Shown: in pieces, positions 1-10,004 of the stretch | Numbering within the stretch: the first letter of the stretch is position 1 | How the letters are laid out: the number at the start of each line of letters is the position of its first letter | Assembly: GCA_964622505.1 (NCBI GenBank) | Contig: CAZUQJ010000003.1 | Location: forward strand, 1 to 62,089 | Length of the DNA stretch: 62,089 bases | Source of the DNA: an uncultured Candidatus Saccharibacteria bacterium | GTDB taxonomy: Bacteria > Patescibacteriota > Minisyncoccia > Phycocordibacterales > UBA9973 | Reading direction: 5' to 3' | The notes under the pieces: generated by a model | Told to the model about the DNA's origin: nothing | The model's input: only the letters and a program-made list of their open reading frames with translations | Database searches by the model: none | Position numbers and translations under genes: made by a program

Positions 1-48
1 GGCACTAGTTCCTAAGACTAGCGCGTATACCAATTCCGCCACTCCAGC
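1..48 (-). tRNA. tRNA-Leu(TAG), 5' portion only (cut by window edge)
   Basis: Reverse complement reads GCTGGAGTGGCGGAATTGGTATACGCGCTAGTCTTAGGAACTAGTGCC: acceptor 5' arm, D-arm, anticodon stem CTAGT/ACTAG around loop CTTAGGA (anticodon TAG), then the start of a long variable arm. Confidence 0.75.
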
Positions 49-168
49 ATAGAAGTCAATATACCATATTCTACCCTTTATTACCAATACTCTTTTGCCC
101 ACCTACTACTTGACTTTTGCATTGTTTTGGTGTATAATATAACAAAATTCACAATTAAATAAAAGATT

Positions 169-618
169 ATGACAGCAGCACCCTCAGATCCAACTCACGA
201 TCACGACAAAAAGAAAGAATCCATTTGGCAAAGCCCTATGGGTATTGGTTTAGCAATTGTAGGGATAATCCTACTTATTGTTCTTTTTAGATTTTTGTAT
301 CCGTCTTCACCTACAACTGATGAAGAGGTTACAACTTCCAAACAACAAAAAGCAAGCGTCACGGCTTATTCTTACACGATGCACGTAGATTTCTCTACAG
401 CATACGGTCAAACGTACTATGCACCAGCTGGATACAATTTTAATTTTGTAAACCCTACCGGTGAGTATTGCGTAAAGAATATTGAGGGTGAAGCTTGTGG
501 GGTTGGTGATTTATCTGGCCAACTTTCAGTAGGTTCGGTAAACACCAAAGGTTTATGGTTTAAGGGAGAGCAAGCAGGCTCCTTGGATATCCTGCTAGTA
601 AAAAATGACAACTTGTAA
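169..618 (+). CDS. hypothetical membrane-anchored protein
   Basis: 149-aa ATG ORF with one N-terminal TM helix (GIGLAIVGIILLIVLF); TATAAT at 133..138 upstream; stop overlaps next start (TAATG). Confidence 0.6.
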   Translation: MTAAPSDPTHDHDKKKESIWQSPMGIGLAIVGIILLIVLFRFLYPSSPTTDEEVTTSKQQKASVTAYSYTMHVDFSTAYGQTYYAPAGYNFNFVNPTGEYCVKNIEGEACGVGDLSGQLSVGSVNTKGLWFKGEQAGSLDILLVKNDNL

Positions 619-1499
619 TGGAACTAATTAGCAACAAAACCTACAACTACCCATTCGCAGTTATCGTATGGACAGTTTTATTTCTGATTTTGACATTTCT
701 ACTAAGAATGGTAGATCTTACTAGCCCACTTTGGGGATTAATTACTTTAGTTGGAACGGGGTTTCTGATTTGGGCCACTATGGTTAAAATTGAGCCTCGA
801 CAAACTTTTCCATTGTTATACTTTGGAACTCAGACTGGCGTCTCACTACCTGAAGGCTACTACTTCCTTTTGTTTGCATGGTCTCTTGATGAGCCGGAAA
901 AAATAAATCTTGAATATCAAGATGTTATTATTCCTTCTTTTCAACTAGAGTGCTCAGACAAAGTACTAGACTTTTCCTTTAATGCAAAAATACAATTTGG
1001 GAAAAGCAACGTAAGACGTAGGCCAACTGACCTTCATGCTACCCCAGAAGAAGACGCAGCAGCAAAACGCCGTTTTGTTATGAACAACAAAGAAAACATT
1101 CCCGGAGATTTTACTGCATTGATAAAATCTGTTTGTACTATGCTTTACGGAAACATGTCTTACGCAGGGCGTCCTGCTGAAAACGGTAACCCAGCAATTC
1201 TTGGTATCAAAGGTAGAAATATTACTCAGGAAATCAAGGATGATGATTTTTTCTATCACGAATGCTATGAATGGGGAATCGATCCTAAAAACCTACTTCC
1301 TTTTGTACAGCCACAAGATATGGCACAACAAAACAAAGACAGGAATCGTGTAGAAATAACCAGGATACTAAAAGGTTTGTACCCTAGCTTAAACGATGTG
1401 GAATTAGCGAGATTAGCCAACCTTCAGTTGAATGGTGTAAACTCAAAAGAATACATCGTCACAGGAGCAAGCGCTTACGCTCGAGTTGATCTGGATTAA
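618..1499 (+). CDS. hypothetical membrane protein (weak SPFH/band-7-like layout, unverified)
   Basis: 293-aa ORF translationally coupled to the upstream ORF; two N-terminal TM helices followed by a soluble domain. Confidence 0.55.
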   Translation: MELISNKTYNYPFAVIVWTVLFLILTFLLRMVDLTSPLWGLITLVGTGFLIWATMVKIEPRQTFPLLYFGTQTGVSLPEGYYFLLFAWSLDEPEKINLEYQDVIIPSFQLECSDKVLDFSFNAKIQFGKSNVRRRPTDLHATPEEDAAAKRRFVMNNKENIPGDFTALIKSVCTMLYGNMSYAGRPAENGNPAILGIKGRNITQEIKDDDFFYHECYEWGIDPKNLLPFVQPQDMAQQNKDRNRVEITRILKGLYPSLNDVELARLANLQLNGVNSKEYIVTGASAYARVDLD

Positions 1500-1546
1500 T
1501 CTTTTTTTCTTCTTTATCCGTAAAATTTTACGGTGAACAAATAAGC

Positions 1547-1577
1547 AAAAGGCGGAGTATATTATACCCCGCCTTTT
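1547..1577. terminator. bidirectional intrinsic terminator between convergent genes
   Basis: AAAAGGCGG...CCGCCTTTT hairpin flanked by A and T runs; a second perfect palindrome CCGTAAAATTTTACGG lies at 1518..1533. Confidence 0.6.
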
Positions 1578-1592
1578 CCTATGCCTGATTAC

Positions 1593-1916
1593 CTATTTAA
1601 GTTTTTGAACTTCAAAATTTCCGGTATTGTCTATTTTTATATGCTTCTCCCCTACTGTATTGAGTATGATTTGCATGATCCCAAATACGGACACCATGAT
1701 CACCATTCCCACCACTCCCCATACCATATGAGATTTGCCAGACTTTTTCATCTCCTCATTTGCAGGATTGATAACGAACTGCATAACCCCAAAGAGGAAG
1801 TACGCCAATGCGAGTGCAAACATGAAGAGTATCAAAGGGTTGATTATCACCTTATTTATACTCTTCATTAGCGTGCCTACGCTCGCCTCAGCAATTGGGA
1901 ATAATTCAAACTGCAT
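1593..1916 (-). CDS. TrbC/VirB2-type (T4SS pilin-like) small membrane protein, paralog 5
   Basis: 107 aa; C-terminal block LAYFLFGVMQFVINPANEEMKKSGKSHMVWGVVGMVIMVSVFG, i.e. helix, E/K loop, Gly-spaced helix, shared with the four upstream genes. Confidence 0.6.
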   Translation of the reverse strand: MQFELFPIAEASVGTLMKSINKVIINPLILFMFALALAYFLFGVMQFVINPANEEMKKSGKSHMVWGVVGMVIMVSVFGIMQIILNTVGEKHIKIDNTGNFEVQKLK

Positions 1917-1921
1917 AGTGA

Positions 1922-2287
1922 TTAACAGCCTCCGTTAATACCAAGTGATGGGTTAGGTACACAAGGCAATACTGGAGTTGCGTCATTGCGGACATCGAGT
2001 GTACGAGTGATCACATTTACGATTCCCCAGAATGCAATAATAACAAACAAACCTATCAATCCCATGATGATCTTTGATCGAGCGCCTTTCTTTGCCTCTT
2101 CGTCTTGAGAGATAGTGTATTGGATAACACCCCAGATAAAGTACACAACAGCGACAGTAACCAAGAGTGGAATGATAACATTCAAAAGACTTTGGAAACG
2201 TGTCAAGATACTCCACGCATCAGCTGCCGCAAATGCAAACAATGGCGACAAAGATGCAATACTCCCAAATGCAATATATTTTTTCAT
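1922..2287 (-). CDS. TrbC/VirB2-type pilin-like protein, paralog 4
   Basis: 121 aa; signal peptide (SPLFAFAAA) then VVYFIWGVIQYTISQDEEAKKGARSKIIMGLIGLFVIIAFWG. Confidence 0.6.
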   Translation of the reverse strand: MKKYIAFGSIASLSPLFAFAAADAWSILTRFQSLLNVIIPLLVTVAVVYFIWGVIQYTISQDEEAKKGARSKIIMGLIGLFVIIAFWGIVNVITRTLDVRNDATPVLPCVPNPSLGINGGC

Positions 2288-2398
2288 GTTTATATGACCA
2301 GAATAAATCTGGATAAATTTAATAATAAAACTTAAACGACTATAAATAATAATTTAATGCTTTTTACAGTATACCACAAAAAAGACTGGCAACCAGGG

Positions 2399-2695
2399 CT
2401 AGTTGTTTGACAATTGGGGTATAAAAGTCTGGATACCAAAGGTATTGGAGACGATAGACACGAGTCCCCAGACCGAGACCATAACAAACAATGCCAAAAT
2501 TCCCCAGATCATATACTGCTTGCCCTGTTTGCGCTTCTCGGCATCTTCGGGGTTGATGATCATCTGGATCACTCCCCAGATAAAGCCGGCAGTCGCCAAT
2601 GCAAAAAGGAGTGGCACCACGCTCTTTATGATCAAACAAGTACCATAATCTAGTATCCCAGCAATATTTTTTAAACTAATGTTTGTACAATTCAT
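2399..2695 (-). CDS. TrbC/VirB2-type pilin-like protein, paralog 3
   Basis: 98 aa; AGFIWGVIQMIINPEDAEKRKQGKQYMIWGILALFVMVSVWG. Confidence 0.6.
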   Translation of the reverse strand: MNCTNISLKNIAGILDYGTCLIIKSVVPLLFALATAGFIWGVIQMIINPEDAEKRKQGKQYMIWGILALFVMVSVWGLVSIVSNTFGIQTFIPQLSNN

Positions 2696-2719
2696 ATATA
2701 TAGTGATTTTATAGAACTA

Positions 2720-3223
2720 TTATTTAGCTCCTTCAATAACTTCATTTACTGTCGACCCAATAGCACTAGCCAGCACCCATGCTCCAAGGAGGATAAATGC
2801 TCCTACGATAGTGTACATCAGAGCCCCTTTGGCCTTTTTCAATTCCTCGCTGTTCCCCATAGCTTTTACAAAAAGGAATCCACAATAGATAATGGCAAGC
2901 GCCACAATAGGTATACCAATCATAAGCACGATGTTGAGCACAGACTCTATAAATTGTGGAATAGTATTAACTTTGATAGGATTTTTTATTTTAAAATCTA
3001 TCCCAGTAACTGTTTTGTCGGAACCAGTATTATTTCCAGCACCCGTATTGTTACCAGAACCAGTGTTATTTCCAGATCCAGTATTATTTGCTGTATGCCC
3101 TGCCACATGAGTCGCCTCGACTACCATCACCGGCATTACTAATGTAAAAGCAATAATAAACACAAAACTATACTTCAAAATGTTTGAGAGAATTGAGTAC
3201 TTTTTATTTATCATAAATTTCAT
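2720..3223 (-). CDS. pilin-like protein, paralog 2, with NNTG(S/A)G hexapeptide repeats
   Basis: 167 aa; signal anchor, four NNTGxG repeats, then AIIYCGFLFVKAMGNSEELKKAKGALMYTIVGAFILLGAW. Confidence 0.55.
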   Translation of the reverse strand: MKFMINKKYSILSNILKYSFVFIIAFTLVMPVMVVEATHVAGHTANNTGSGNNTGSGNNTGAGNNTGSDKTVTGIDFKIKNPIKVNTIPQFIESVLNIVLMIGIPIVALAIIYCGFLFVKAMGNSEELKKAKGALMYTIVGAFILLGAWVLASAIGSTVNEVIEGAK

Positions 3224-3263
3224 ATATGTTTATATTATATAGTATGCCGATATGGCACGCAAA

Positions 3264-4181
3264 CTAACTTCTGTCTAAAAATGACCAGTTCATCGCTTCG
3301 GGAGTCAGGAATGCTGAAAGGATAGTGTTGATTATGAGCCATGCTGCCAATGCTATGATGTAGCCTACGAGCACATTTTTAATCATGGCTTTTGCATGAG
3401 TTTTTCCATGTTCATTGCCACCGGATGTGATGAGTGTAAATCCTGCGTAGGCAAAGATAATAGCAGCCAGTGGTGTAGCAAAGTAGACAAGCAAGAAATT
3501 GATCACATTGTTGACGAGCTTCATGAGCATTTCGAAATTACAAGGAGTGCTGAAGCGTAGATAGTAGCCTTCGGTCACTGTCTCACCTGTCTTGTTGCAA
3601 TCGGGTACTATCCCACCTTCGTATCCCCCTGTCTTTAGACCACCACCACTTGAGCTTGCACCACCCGATACGCCAGGATTGGGTATAATGTGAGCTATAA
3701 CCTGATTGTTGATCACATCTACAGATCCGATATACTTGTCCCCAATATAAGAATTAAAAACATTTTCCACAGCATTCTCGATTTTAAAAACGCTGAGTGT
3801 CGCAGGGGTAATACTAGCACGATTGAAAGCGATCTTGCCATTTTGAGCATATACACTACCAGTGATCTTCATACTGCCTGTTGTCGTGCCTATAAATTGA
3901 TATTTTGCATCGTCATAGCCTTCCACCTTGAGCATGTCTACGTCTACGGGCGATGCTGAACCTTCTATCCCTTTGTCTAAAGAAAATGTAAGTCGAGCAT
4001 TTTGAGCCTTGAAGCCGGCTATCTGGTCAAGCTCTTTTTGGAATCGTGTACTTGCAGTGCTCGGCACGATCGTAATAGCATTTGGATTGTTGACAAGTAC
4101 CGTTCCAGCAAGTACCACAGCCGGTGCCACAAAAATAATGGAGAAGTTTATAAGTAATAAAAAAGTAAATAATTTTTTCAT
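3264..4181 (-). CDS. secreted protein with C-terminal pilin-like two-helix module, paralog 1
   Basis: Start taken at MKKLFTFLL (ATG 4181), which gives a signal peptide and avoids overlap with the upstream stop at 4183. About 200-aa extracellular part, Gly/Ser linker, then AAIIFAYAGFTLITSGGNEHGKTHAKAMIKNVLVGYIIALAAW. Confidence 0.55.
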   Translation of the reverse strand: MKKLFTFLLLINFSIIFVAPAVVLAGTVLVNNPNAITIVPSTASTRFQKELDQIAGFKAQNARLTFSLDKGIEGSASPVDVDMLKVEGYDDAKYQFIGTTTGSMKITGSVYAQNGKIAFNRASITPATLSVFKIENAVENVFNSYIGDKYIGSVDVINNQVIAHIIPNPGVSGGASSSGGGLKTGGYEGGIVPDCNKTGETVTEGYYLRFSTPCNFEMLMKLVNNVINFLLVYFATPLAAIIFAYAGFTLITSGGNEHGKTHAKAMIKNVLVGYIIALAAWLIINTILSAFLTPEAMNWSFLDRS

Positions 4182-4182
4182 A

Positions 4183-5487
4183 TTAATTTGCATACAATAG
4201 CTGTGCAAGCTCTGCTTGAGCTTTGCTCAGAGCATCAGCAATATCGAGCTTATTTGATAATATGTTCTGTATCATATTGCGAAATATTGCATCAGTTAGA
4301 TTGGTATCCGGATCAAGCCATGTACGGCCAGAAATTGCAGAATTGTAAAAGACAGTTAGGTACGGATCGGTAGGCCTGTCGGCAAGCAAGTCTCTGCGTG
4401 CTGGTGGTAAGCTGAAAGAAGTTGCTATAGTTTTAGAAATTTCTGGATCAGTAAATAGTATAGCAGTAGATGTAGCCAAGACTGGATCCTTTGCAGTCTT
4501 GGACACTGCAATGGCATTCATAGAGCCAAATGTGCGTCTTACATTGGTACCTTTTGTTTGCAATACTGTCGCAACATCGAAGCTCAAGTTAGGATTGACG
4601 GCTTCTATATTGAAAAGTTCACTCCCACGCCCTACGTAGAATGCCAAACTTCCACCGGTAAAAGCATCTTTTGAATTCAACAAGCCTCTGTTCCAAGAGT
4701 ATAGTGTGCTTGTTGGGTTAGAAAATTGTGAATAGAAGTCGAGCACTGCCTCGCCTGGAATCTTACTCTGGCCGAGCGACTCGCCTAGTACAGAAACCCG
4801 TTTTTCACCATCTTTGCTGACTATTGGATTACCACTTTGAATCATTAGGAGCGAAAGGATATCTTTTGCATGATTGATATTGTCATAAGTACCGAGCGCG
4901 ATCATACTCTGACCTATAGTTCCGTCGCTTGCGCTCTTTGTAAGAGTGTCGTTGAGAGCCAAGAGCTCATCCCAGTACACTGGTGGTTGCGAGATGCCGT
5001 TGTTTGCAAGTAGATCTTTGTTGTAGTAGAGGACTAGTGGATCCACAGTTATCGGCAATGCAATAATACCCTTTTCACCCAAGTAAACTTCTGCTCCATC
5101 TATAAATGTGTCTCGAAAAGTCTTTTCTGCATACGATGCATACGGGATAGGGGTGATAAATTTTTGTTCTTTAAGGATCAGATCATCCGGTACCATAAAC
5201 AGGTCTGGGCCTGTACCGCTTGCTATGCCATCTACGATAGCAGTTGAATATGTCTTGATATCTTTCTGGTAATACTTCACCACCAAACTTGGGTTCTTTG
5301 AGTTGGCATCTTCTATTGCTTTTGCAAAGTCGATAGCAGGCACAGTACCCCACATAGTGACTGTTCCGACCAATTTAGTATTATTGGTCTTTTTTCCGAT
5401 AGGTAACAATCCAGAAAATACGATAACAGCAAATACAAAAAAGGCTAAAAATACTGCGAGAAGAATTGTTTGAAAATTACTTTTCAT
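4183..5487 (-). CDS. extracellular solute-binding protein (ABC family-1, sugar type), orphan
   Basis: 434 aa; N-terminal membrane anchor, then TMWGT...GPDLFMVPDD...LYYNKDLL pattern typical of SBP_bac_1; no permease or ATPase adjacent. Confidence 0.7.
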   Translation of the reverse strand: MKSNFQTILLAVFLAFFVFAVIVFSGLLPIGKKTNNTKLVGTVTMWGTVPAIDFAKAIEDANSKNPSLVVKYYQKDIKTYSTAIVDGIASGTGPDLFMVPDDLILKEQKFITPIPYASYAEKTFRDTFIDGAEVYLGEKGIIALPITVDPLVLYYNKDLLANNGISQPPVYWDELLALNDTLTKSASDGTIGQSMIALGTYDNINHAKDILSLLMIQSGNPIVSKDGEKRVSVLGESLGQSKIPGEAVLDFYSQFSNPTSTLYSWNRGLLNSKDAFTGGSLAFYVGRGSELFNIEAVNPNLSFDVATVLQTKGTNVRRTFGSMNAIAVSKTAKDPVLATSTAILFTDPEISKTIATSFSLPPARRDLLADRPTDPYLTVFYNSAISGRTWLDPDTNLTDAIFRNMIQNILSNKLDIADALSKAQAELAQLLYAN

Positions 5488-6007
5488 GTGTAAAGATTAT
5501 ACCATAATGATAAGCATGTGCGTTAATACGCTCGTGTAGTTTGAAGCCATGTTTGCTAAATAATTCACGAACCATAGTTTCAGACACTATATGATTTTTG
5601 TGTGGGCCCATATTCAAGTATGATTCAGTCCAATCTACAAAAAGTACTTTGCCTCCAGACTTCACAATACGCGAAACCTCGCGGATAAAAGAGTCTTTGT
5701 TCTCAAGCTGAAAAAGTACGTTGGAAACTATGGCCAAGTGCACAGTATTGTCGGCGATCTTTGTACCGCCAAGTTTTTCTATATCACTGCAGATATACTC
5801 TACATTTTTTAGATTTCGATTTTTTGCTTCACTACGAGTACGGTCAAGCAAGCCTTTCTGAATATCTACACTGTATACCACTCCACGACTGCCTACGCGT
5901 TCGGCACAGCTAAGCGTATAAAATCCCGAGCCCGAGCCCAGATCCGCCACGTGACATCCGGTAATGTCTCCGCATTGTAAAAGATTGCGTTCGGGATTTG
6001 TGAACAT
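5477..6007 (-). CDS. class I SAM-dependent methyltransferase
   Basis: 176 aa; motif I VADLGSGSGFYT and post-I VYSVDI. Confidence 0.8.
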   Translation of the reverse strand: MFTNPERNLLQCGDITGCHVADLGSGSGFYTLSCAERVGSRGVVYSVDIQKGLLDRTRSEAKNRNLKNVEYICSDIEKLGGTKIADNTVHLAIVSNVLFQLENKDSFIREVSRIVKSGGKVLFVDWTESYLNMGPHKNHIVSETMVRELFSKHGFKLHERINAHAYHYGIIFTHEK

Positions 6008-6033
6008 GTATTAAATTATATCACAATAAAAAA

Positions 6034-8499
6034 TTAAAGAAATGTAATCGAAGCGATAGAGTCGCCAGCGCGCATCTTCATAATAGTCACGCCTTGTGTT
6101 TGGCGCCCAGATGTTGGGATAGATTTAAGATCTACACGGATGACTTGGCCTTTTTGCGAAACTGCAATAATTTCGGATTCTTCGCCCACAAGTTTTGCAA
6201 CAATCAGCTTGCCAGTCTTTGCTGTCACTTTCGCTGTCTTGATTCCACTTCCTCCGCGCTTTTGTGTTTTGTATTCTTTGATACCAGTTTTCTTGCCAAG
6301 ACCCTGCGAGCCCATAGTCAACAATGCCAAGTTGGTCTCGCCTTTTGCTATTCTGTCTACCCCTATCACACTGTCCCCTTTACTTAGTTTAATTGCGCGC
6401 ACACCACCAGCCGCACGGCCCATCTCGCGAACATCAGATTCAGTAAAGCGTATTGATTGACCGAGCGTTGTCGCAAGCATCACGTCGTCACCTTTTGTGA
6501 TAGGAAGCACAGCTTGGAGTTCGTCACCCTTCTCGAGCTTAATCGCAATCAGTCCACTGCGACGTACATCTTTGAAGCTTTCGGCATTTACTTTTTTCAC
6601 AGTACCATTGGCTGTGACCATCATTAGTGTTTCGACAGTCTTCTTGGTCTCTTTGTCTATCGGCAAGATCGAAGTCACCTTTTCGTCACCTTCAAGTGAG
6701 ATAAAGTTTACAATTGATTTGCCTTTTGTTGCACGCTTGCCTTCTGGTATATCGTACATCTTGATCTGATACGCCTTGCCGAGGTTGGTAAAGAAGAGTA
6801 ATTCGCTGTGAGTATTTGCAGATACGAGCATTGTGACGAAGTCCTCGTCTTTTGGCTCGATATCGATCACACCTACTCCGCCACGCTTTTGGGCACGGTA
6901 TTCACTTGGATCAGTACGCTTTACATAGCCACCTTTTGTAAACACGAGCACCGATTCTTTTTCGGGTATTAGATCTTCTTCATTTATAGCCTTTACTCCA
7001 CCGGCTACCACTCGTGTACGGCGAGCATCTGCATATTTCTCTTTTATAGCTTCGAGTTCAGTCGATATAACTCCAAGCATCTTCTTTGGACTCGCAAGAA
7101 GAGCTTCAAGTTCTTTGATCAATTCTTGTTTTTCTTTGAGTTCCAGTTCTACATTCTTGCGCTCGAGACCTGCGAGCTTTTGCAAACGCATTTCTAGGAT
7201 CGCCACTGCTTGGATCTCGGAGAATTTGAATTCTTTCATCAAATTGAGCTTGGCAACCATCGTGTCTTTGGAAGCACGAATAACAGATATAACTTTGTCG
7301 ATATGATCGAGTGCCTTTTTCAAACCGAGCAAAATATGCTCGCGATCTTTGGCTTTTTGCAGATCGAATTCTGTGCGACGCTTGACCACTACTTGTCGGT
7401 GGCTAATAAATTCCGAAAGCATACTTTTCAGTGACAGTGTCTGAGGCACGCCGTCTACAAGAGCCACGATGTTGAAGTGGAAAGACTGCTCGAGTTGTGT
7501 ATGACGATAGATATAGTTCAGGACTTTTTGTGGCATTACGCCATTTTTCAGATCAATAGCGATGCGGATATCTTTTGCAGATTCGTCACGCAAACCTTTG
7601 ATACCTTCCAATTTCTTTTCTTGGACAAGTGCTGCAATAGACTCAATAAGAGTTGATTTATTTACACGGTACGGGATCGAAGTAATGATGATCTGGAACA
7701 TTCCAGACTTCTGCTCCACGATCTCGGCTTCGCCACGAGTCACAACGCCACCACGACCAGTCGAATACGCATGCAATAGATCTGCACGGTTGTAAACAAT
7801 ACCTCCAATTGGGAAATCGGGGCCTTTGATAAATTGCATCAAGTCTTCTGTTGTTGCATCTTTTTCTTTTATTAGGTGGAGTGTAGCATCTACAACTTCC
7901 GCCAAATTGTGCGGAGGAATGTTGGTCGCCATACCCACAGCAATACCGAGCGTACCATTGAGTAGCAAGCTTGGAACAGCAGTTGGCAAGACAATAGGCT
8001 CTTTACGAGTTTGGTCATAGTTGGGACGGAAATCAACAGTATTTTTCTCTAAATCTCGAAGAATTTCTCCAGAAATTTTTGCCATCTTTGCCTCTGTATA
8101 ACGCATAGCCGCGGCACCGTCGCCGTCGATAGAGCCGAAGTTACCTTGGCCAAATATAAGTGGGTATCGATAAGAGAATTCCTGAGCCATACCCACCATA
8201 GAGTCATACACAGCTACATCGCCGTGCGGGTGGTACTTTCCGAGCACGTCTCCGACTACCGCTGCAGATTTACGGAAACGCCCTGCAGATGTCAGCCCCA
8301 TTTCATGCATTGCAAACAATATTCTGCGGTGCACAGGTTTCAATCCGTCGCGTACATCTGGAAGCGCACGTGAAGTTATCACGCTCATCGCATAGTCTAG
8401 ATACGCCTCTTTCATCTCGGTGCTAATGTTGACCGAGATTGTATTTACATGAGGTTCCTTTGGGTTCTCTTCTTCTTCAACTTTTTTTATTTTTGCCAT
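6034..8499 (-). CDS. gyrA: DNA gyrase subunit A
   Basis: 821 aa; [21 protein letters not shown] (catalytic Tyr), C-terminal beta-pinwheel repeats. Confidence 0.97.
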   Translation of the reverse strand: MAKIKKVEEEENPKEPHVNTISVNISTEMKEAYLDYAMSVITSRALPDVRDGLKPVHRRILFAMHEMGLTSAGRFRKSAAVVGDVLGKYHPHGDVAVYDSMVGMAQEFSYRYPLIFGQGNFGSIDGDGAAAMRYTEAKMAKISGEILRDLEKNTVDFRPNYDQTRKEPIVLPTAVPSLLLNGTLGIAVGMATNIPPHNLAEVVDATLHLIKEKDATTEDLMQFIKGPDFPIGGIVYNRADLLHAYSTGRGGVVTRGEAEIVEQKSGMFQIIITSIPYRVNKSTLIESIAALVQEKKLEGIKGLRDESAKDIRIAIDLKNGVMPQKVLNYIYRHTQLEQSFHFNIVALVDGVPQTLSLKSMLSEFISHRQVVVKRRTEFDLQKAKDREHILLGLKKALDHIDKVISVIRASKDTMVAKLNLMKEFKFSEIQAVAILEMRLQKLAGLERKNVELELKEKQELIKELEALLASPKKMLGVISTELEAIKEKYADARRTRVVAGGVKAINEEDLIPEKESVLVFTKGGYVKRTDPSEYRAQKRGGVGVIDIEPKDEDFVTMLVSANTHSELLFFTNLGKAYQIKMYDIPEGKRATKGKSIVNFISLEGDEKVTSILPIDKETKKTVETLMMVTANGTVKKVNAESFKDVRRSGLIAIKLEKGDELQAVLPITKGDDVMLATTLGQSIRFTESDVREMGRAAGGVRAIKLSKGDSVIGVDRIAKGETNLALLTMGSQGLGKKTGIKEYKTQKRGGSGIKTAKVTAKTGKLIVAKLVGEESEIIAVSQKGQVIRVDLKSIPTSGRQTQGVTIMKMRAGDSIASITFL

Positions 8500-8501
8500 A
8501 T

Positions 8502-8843
8502 TTATTGTGTTTGCGGTTCTACTGGTATAACTTCTATCATCACATCACTTTCTGTCTCGGGTACAGTCTCTCCTTTCATAGTACTCGAAATCGATCCTAC
8601 ATTACCGACACTAGCAGAAATATTGTTGTAAGTATCTTTTAGTGAATTTGCCAAGAGTATGAAAGGTTTAGAGTCAGCTTTTGCCTGAGTTTCTGTATTA
8701 TTAGTACCAAGACGACTTGCCAATCCATATACCCACACACTACCTACGAGCACCATGCAGGCAATAGTCGCTGTCGTAGCTGCTCTTTTGCGATCTACTT
8801 CTGGTTTTGATTTTAAATTTTGGATATAATTTTTTATATTCAT
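8502..8843 (-). CDS. hypothetical membrane-anchored protein
   Basis: ORF directly upstream of gyrA; ATG at 8843 (MNIKNYIQ) chosen because longer starts overlap the upstream gene; one TM ([17 protein letters not shown]). Confidence 0.5.
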   Translation of the reverse strand: MNIKNYIQNLKSKPEVDRKRAATTATIACMVLVGSVWVYGLASRLGTNNTETQAKADSKPFILLANSLKDTYNNISASVGNVGSISSTMKGETVPETESDVMIEVIPVEPQTQ

Positions 8844-8871
8844 ATATATATTGTATACCATTATGATGCAA

Positions 8872-9492
8872 TTATACGGAAAGCACAATGATCTCGCCTT
8901 CTTTGTCTGCCAGCTCTTTTGCTTTTATCGTCAATTTTTCTATTGCTTTTACACTCTCTTGACCTCCTTCTTTTAAGAATGCTTTGAGCAGTTTGTCGTC
9001 GTATTCCATAGGGATAATAACTTTTGCATCGAGCGATACTGCCAATTTATACGCCTCAGATGCGTCCATAGTCCCTGACCCACCAACAGAAATAAATACT
9101 ATGTCTGGAGCGTCGATTTGCTCGCGCACATCGGCTGGCAATTTGCCATTGGAAAGCGCACCAAGGAAACAGATCGAAATATTTTCGATAGAAAATGAGT
9201 AGATCGTATTGATGTATTTTTCCTTATCGTATTCTGCTTCTGTGCCGATACCTTTTAGAAATATGCTTTGGATCTCGTAGTCTCCAGGACCAGAAATAGC
9301 AAATGGTACAGTATCGCCATGAGCAACTTGTTCAAAACCGTTGAAATCCGGATGGTTCATAGTAGAGAGTGCGATCCGCGCGCCGAATCGACTTGCCTTT
9401 TCTTTTGAATCTTTGCCAATAGGATTGATAGCCACTACAAGTTCACCTTGCTGGATTTTGAAAAACTCTTTCCCGAGATATGTGATAATCAT
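8872..9492 (-). CDS. MBL-fold (beta-lactamase superfamily) hydrolase-like protein
   Basis: 206 aa; MIITYLGKEFFKI...VAINP start and overall layout resemble UPF0173-type MBL hydrolases; the HxHxDH motif is not obvious. Confidence 0.4.
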   Translation of the reverse strand: MIITYLGKEFFKIQQGELVVAINPIGKDSKEKASRFGARIALSTMNHPDFNGFEQVAHGDTVPFAISGPGDYEIQSIFLKGIGTEAEYDKEKYINTIYSFSIENISICFLGALSNGKLPADVREQIDAPDIVFISVGGSGTMDASEAYKLAVSLDAKVIIPMEYDDKLLKAFLKEGGQESVKAIEKLTIKAKELADKEGEIIVLSV

Positions 9493-9522
9493 AGCTCTAT
9501 TATAGCATGTTTGGGCAAATAA

Positions 9523-9555
9523 AAAAGGGCTGATGTTAGAGACATCAGCCCTTTT
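9523..9555 (-). terminator. intrinsic terminator
   Basis: AAAAGGGCTGATGT-TAGA-GACATCAGCCCTTTT hairpin just downstream of the 9562..9891 ORF. Confidence 0.6.
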
Positions 9556-9561
9556 ATTAGT

Positions 9562-9891
9562 CTAAGCAGAAAGTAAATGTATATCGTAGTATAGTGTATT
9601 AAAATACCCCCGATATAATATATTGTACTCTCCATACTCCTTTATTAAAGGAGAGATTAATTCCTTAGCTTCCTTTTGAACACCTAGATATTTAGCATAT
9701 TCAAGAATTTCAAAAATGGAATGTTTAGAAATTAAATGTAGTTGTTCCTCTTCGATTTCAATTGGCAATTCTAGTAACTCAAAATACTCTATTAAAGCTT
9801 TTTTCTTTATTAATGAGTTTTTCACTGTCCAGAATACGAAACAATTTAACTGATACAATGCTTGGTTTTTACTTCTTTTGATTCGTGACAT
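9562..9891 (-). CDS. hypothetical protein
   Basis: 109-aa ORF with its own terminator; no recognisable motif. Confidence 0.4.
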   Translation of the reverse strand: MSRIKRSKNQALYQLNCFVFWTVKNSLIKKKALIEYFELLELPIEIEEEQLHLISKHSIFEILEYAKYLGVQKEAKELISPLIKEYGEYNILYRGYFNTLYYDIHLLSA

Positions 9892-9975
9892 AATTACTAT
9901 AGTTTAATTTTGAATACAATGAAATTTTTGCACATTATACCCCCAAACCACCTAAAAGTCAAGGTTTATATCCCC

Positions 9976-10004
9976 TTGCAATATATACATATATATAGTA
10001 TATT
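9976..10004 (+). promoter_or_regulatory. candidate sigma70-type promoter of rpsA
   Basis: TTGCAA, 17-nt spacer, TATATT; the AT-rich context allows alternatives. Confidence 0.4.

Noticed and set aside
1581-1871. His-rich 96-aa + strand ORF (HDHHSHHSPYH) that looks like a metal-binding peptide
   Set aside because: It is the antisense frame of the pilin-like gene 1593..1916, whose motif is shared with four paralogs. The His run mirrors the Met/Val/Trp-rich helix codons.
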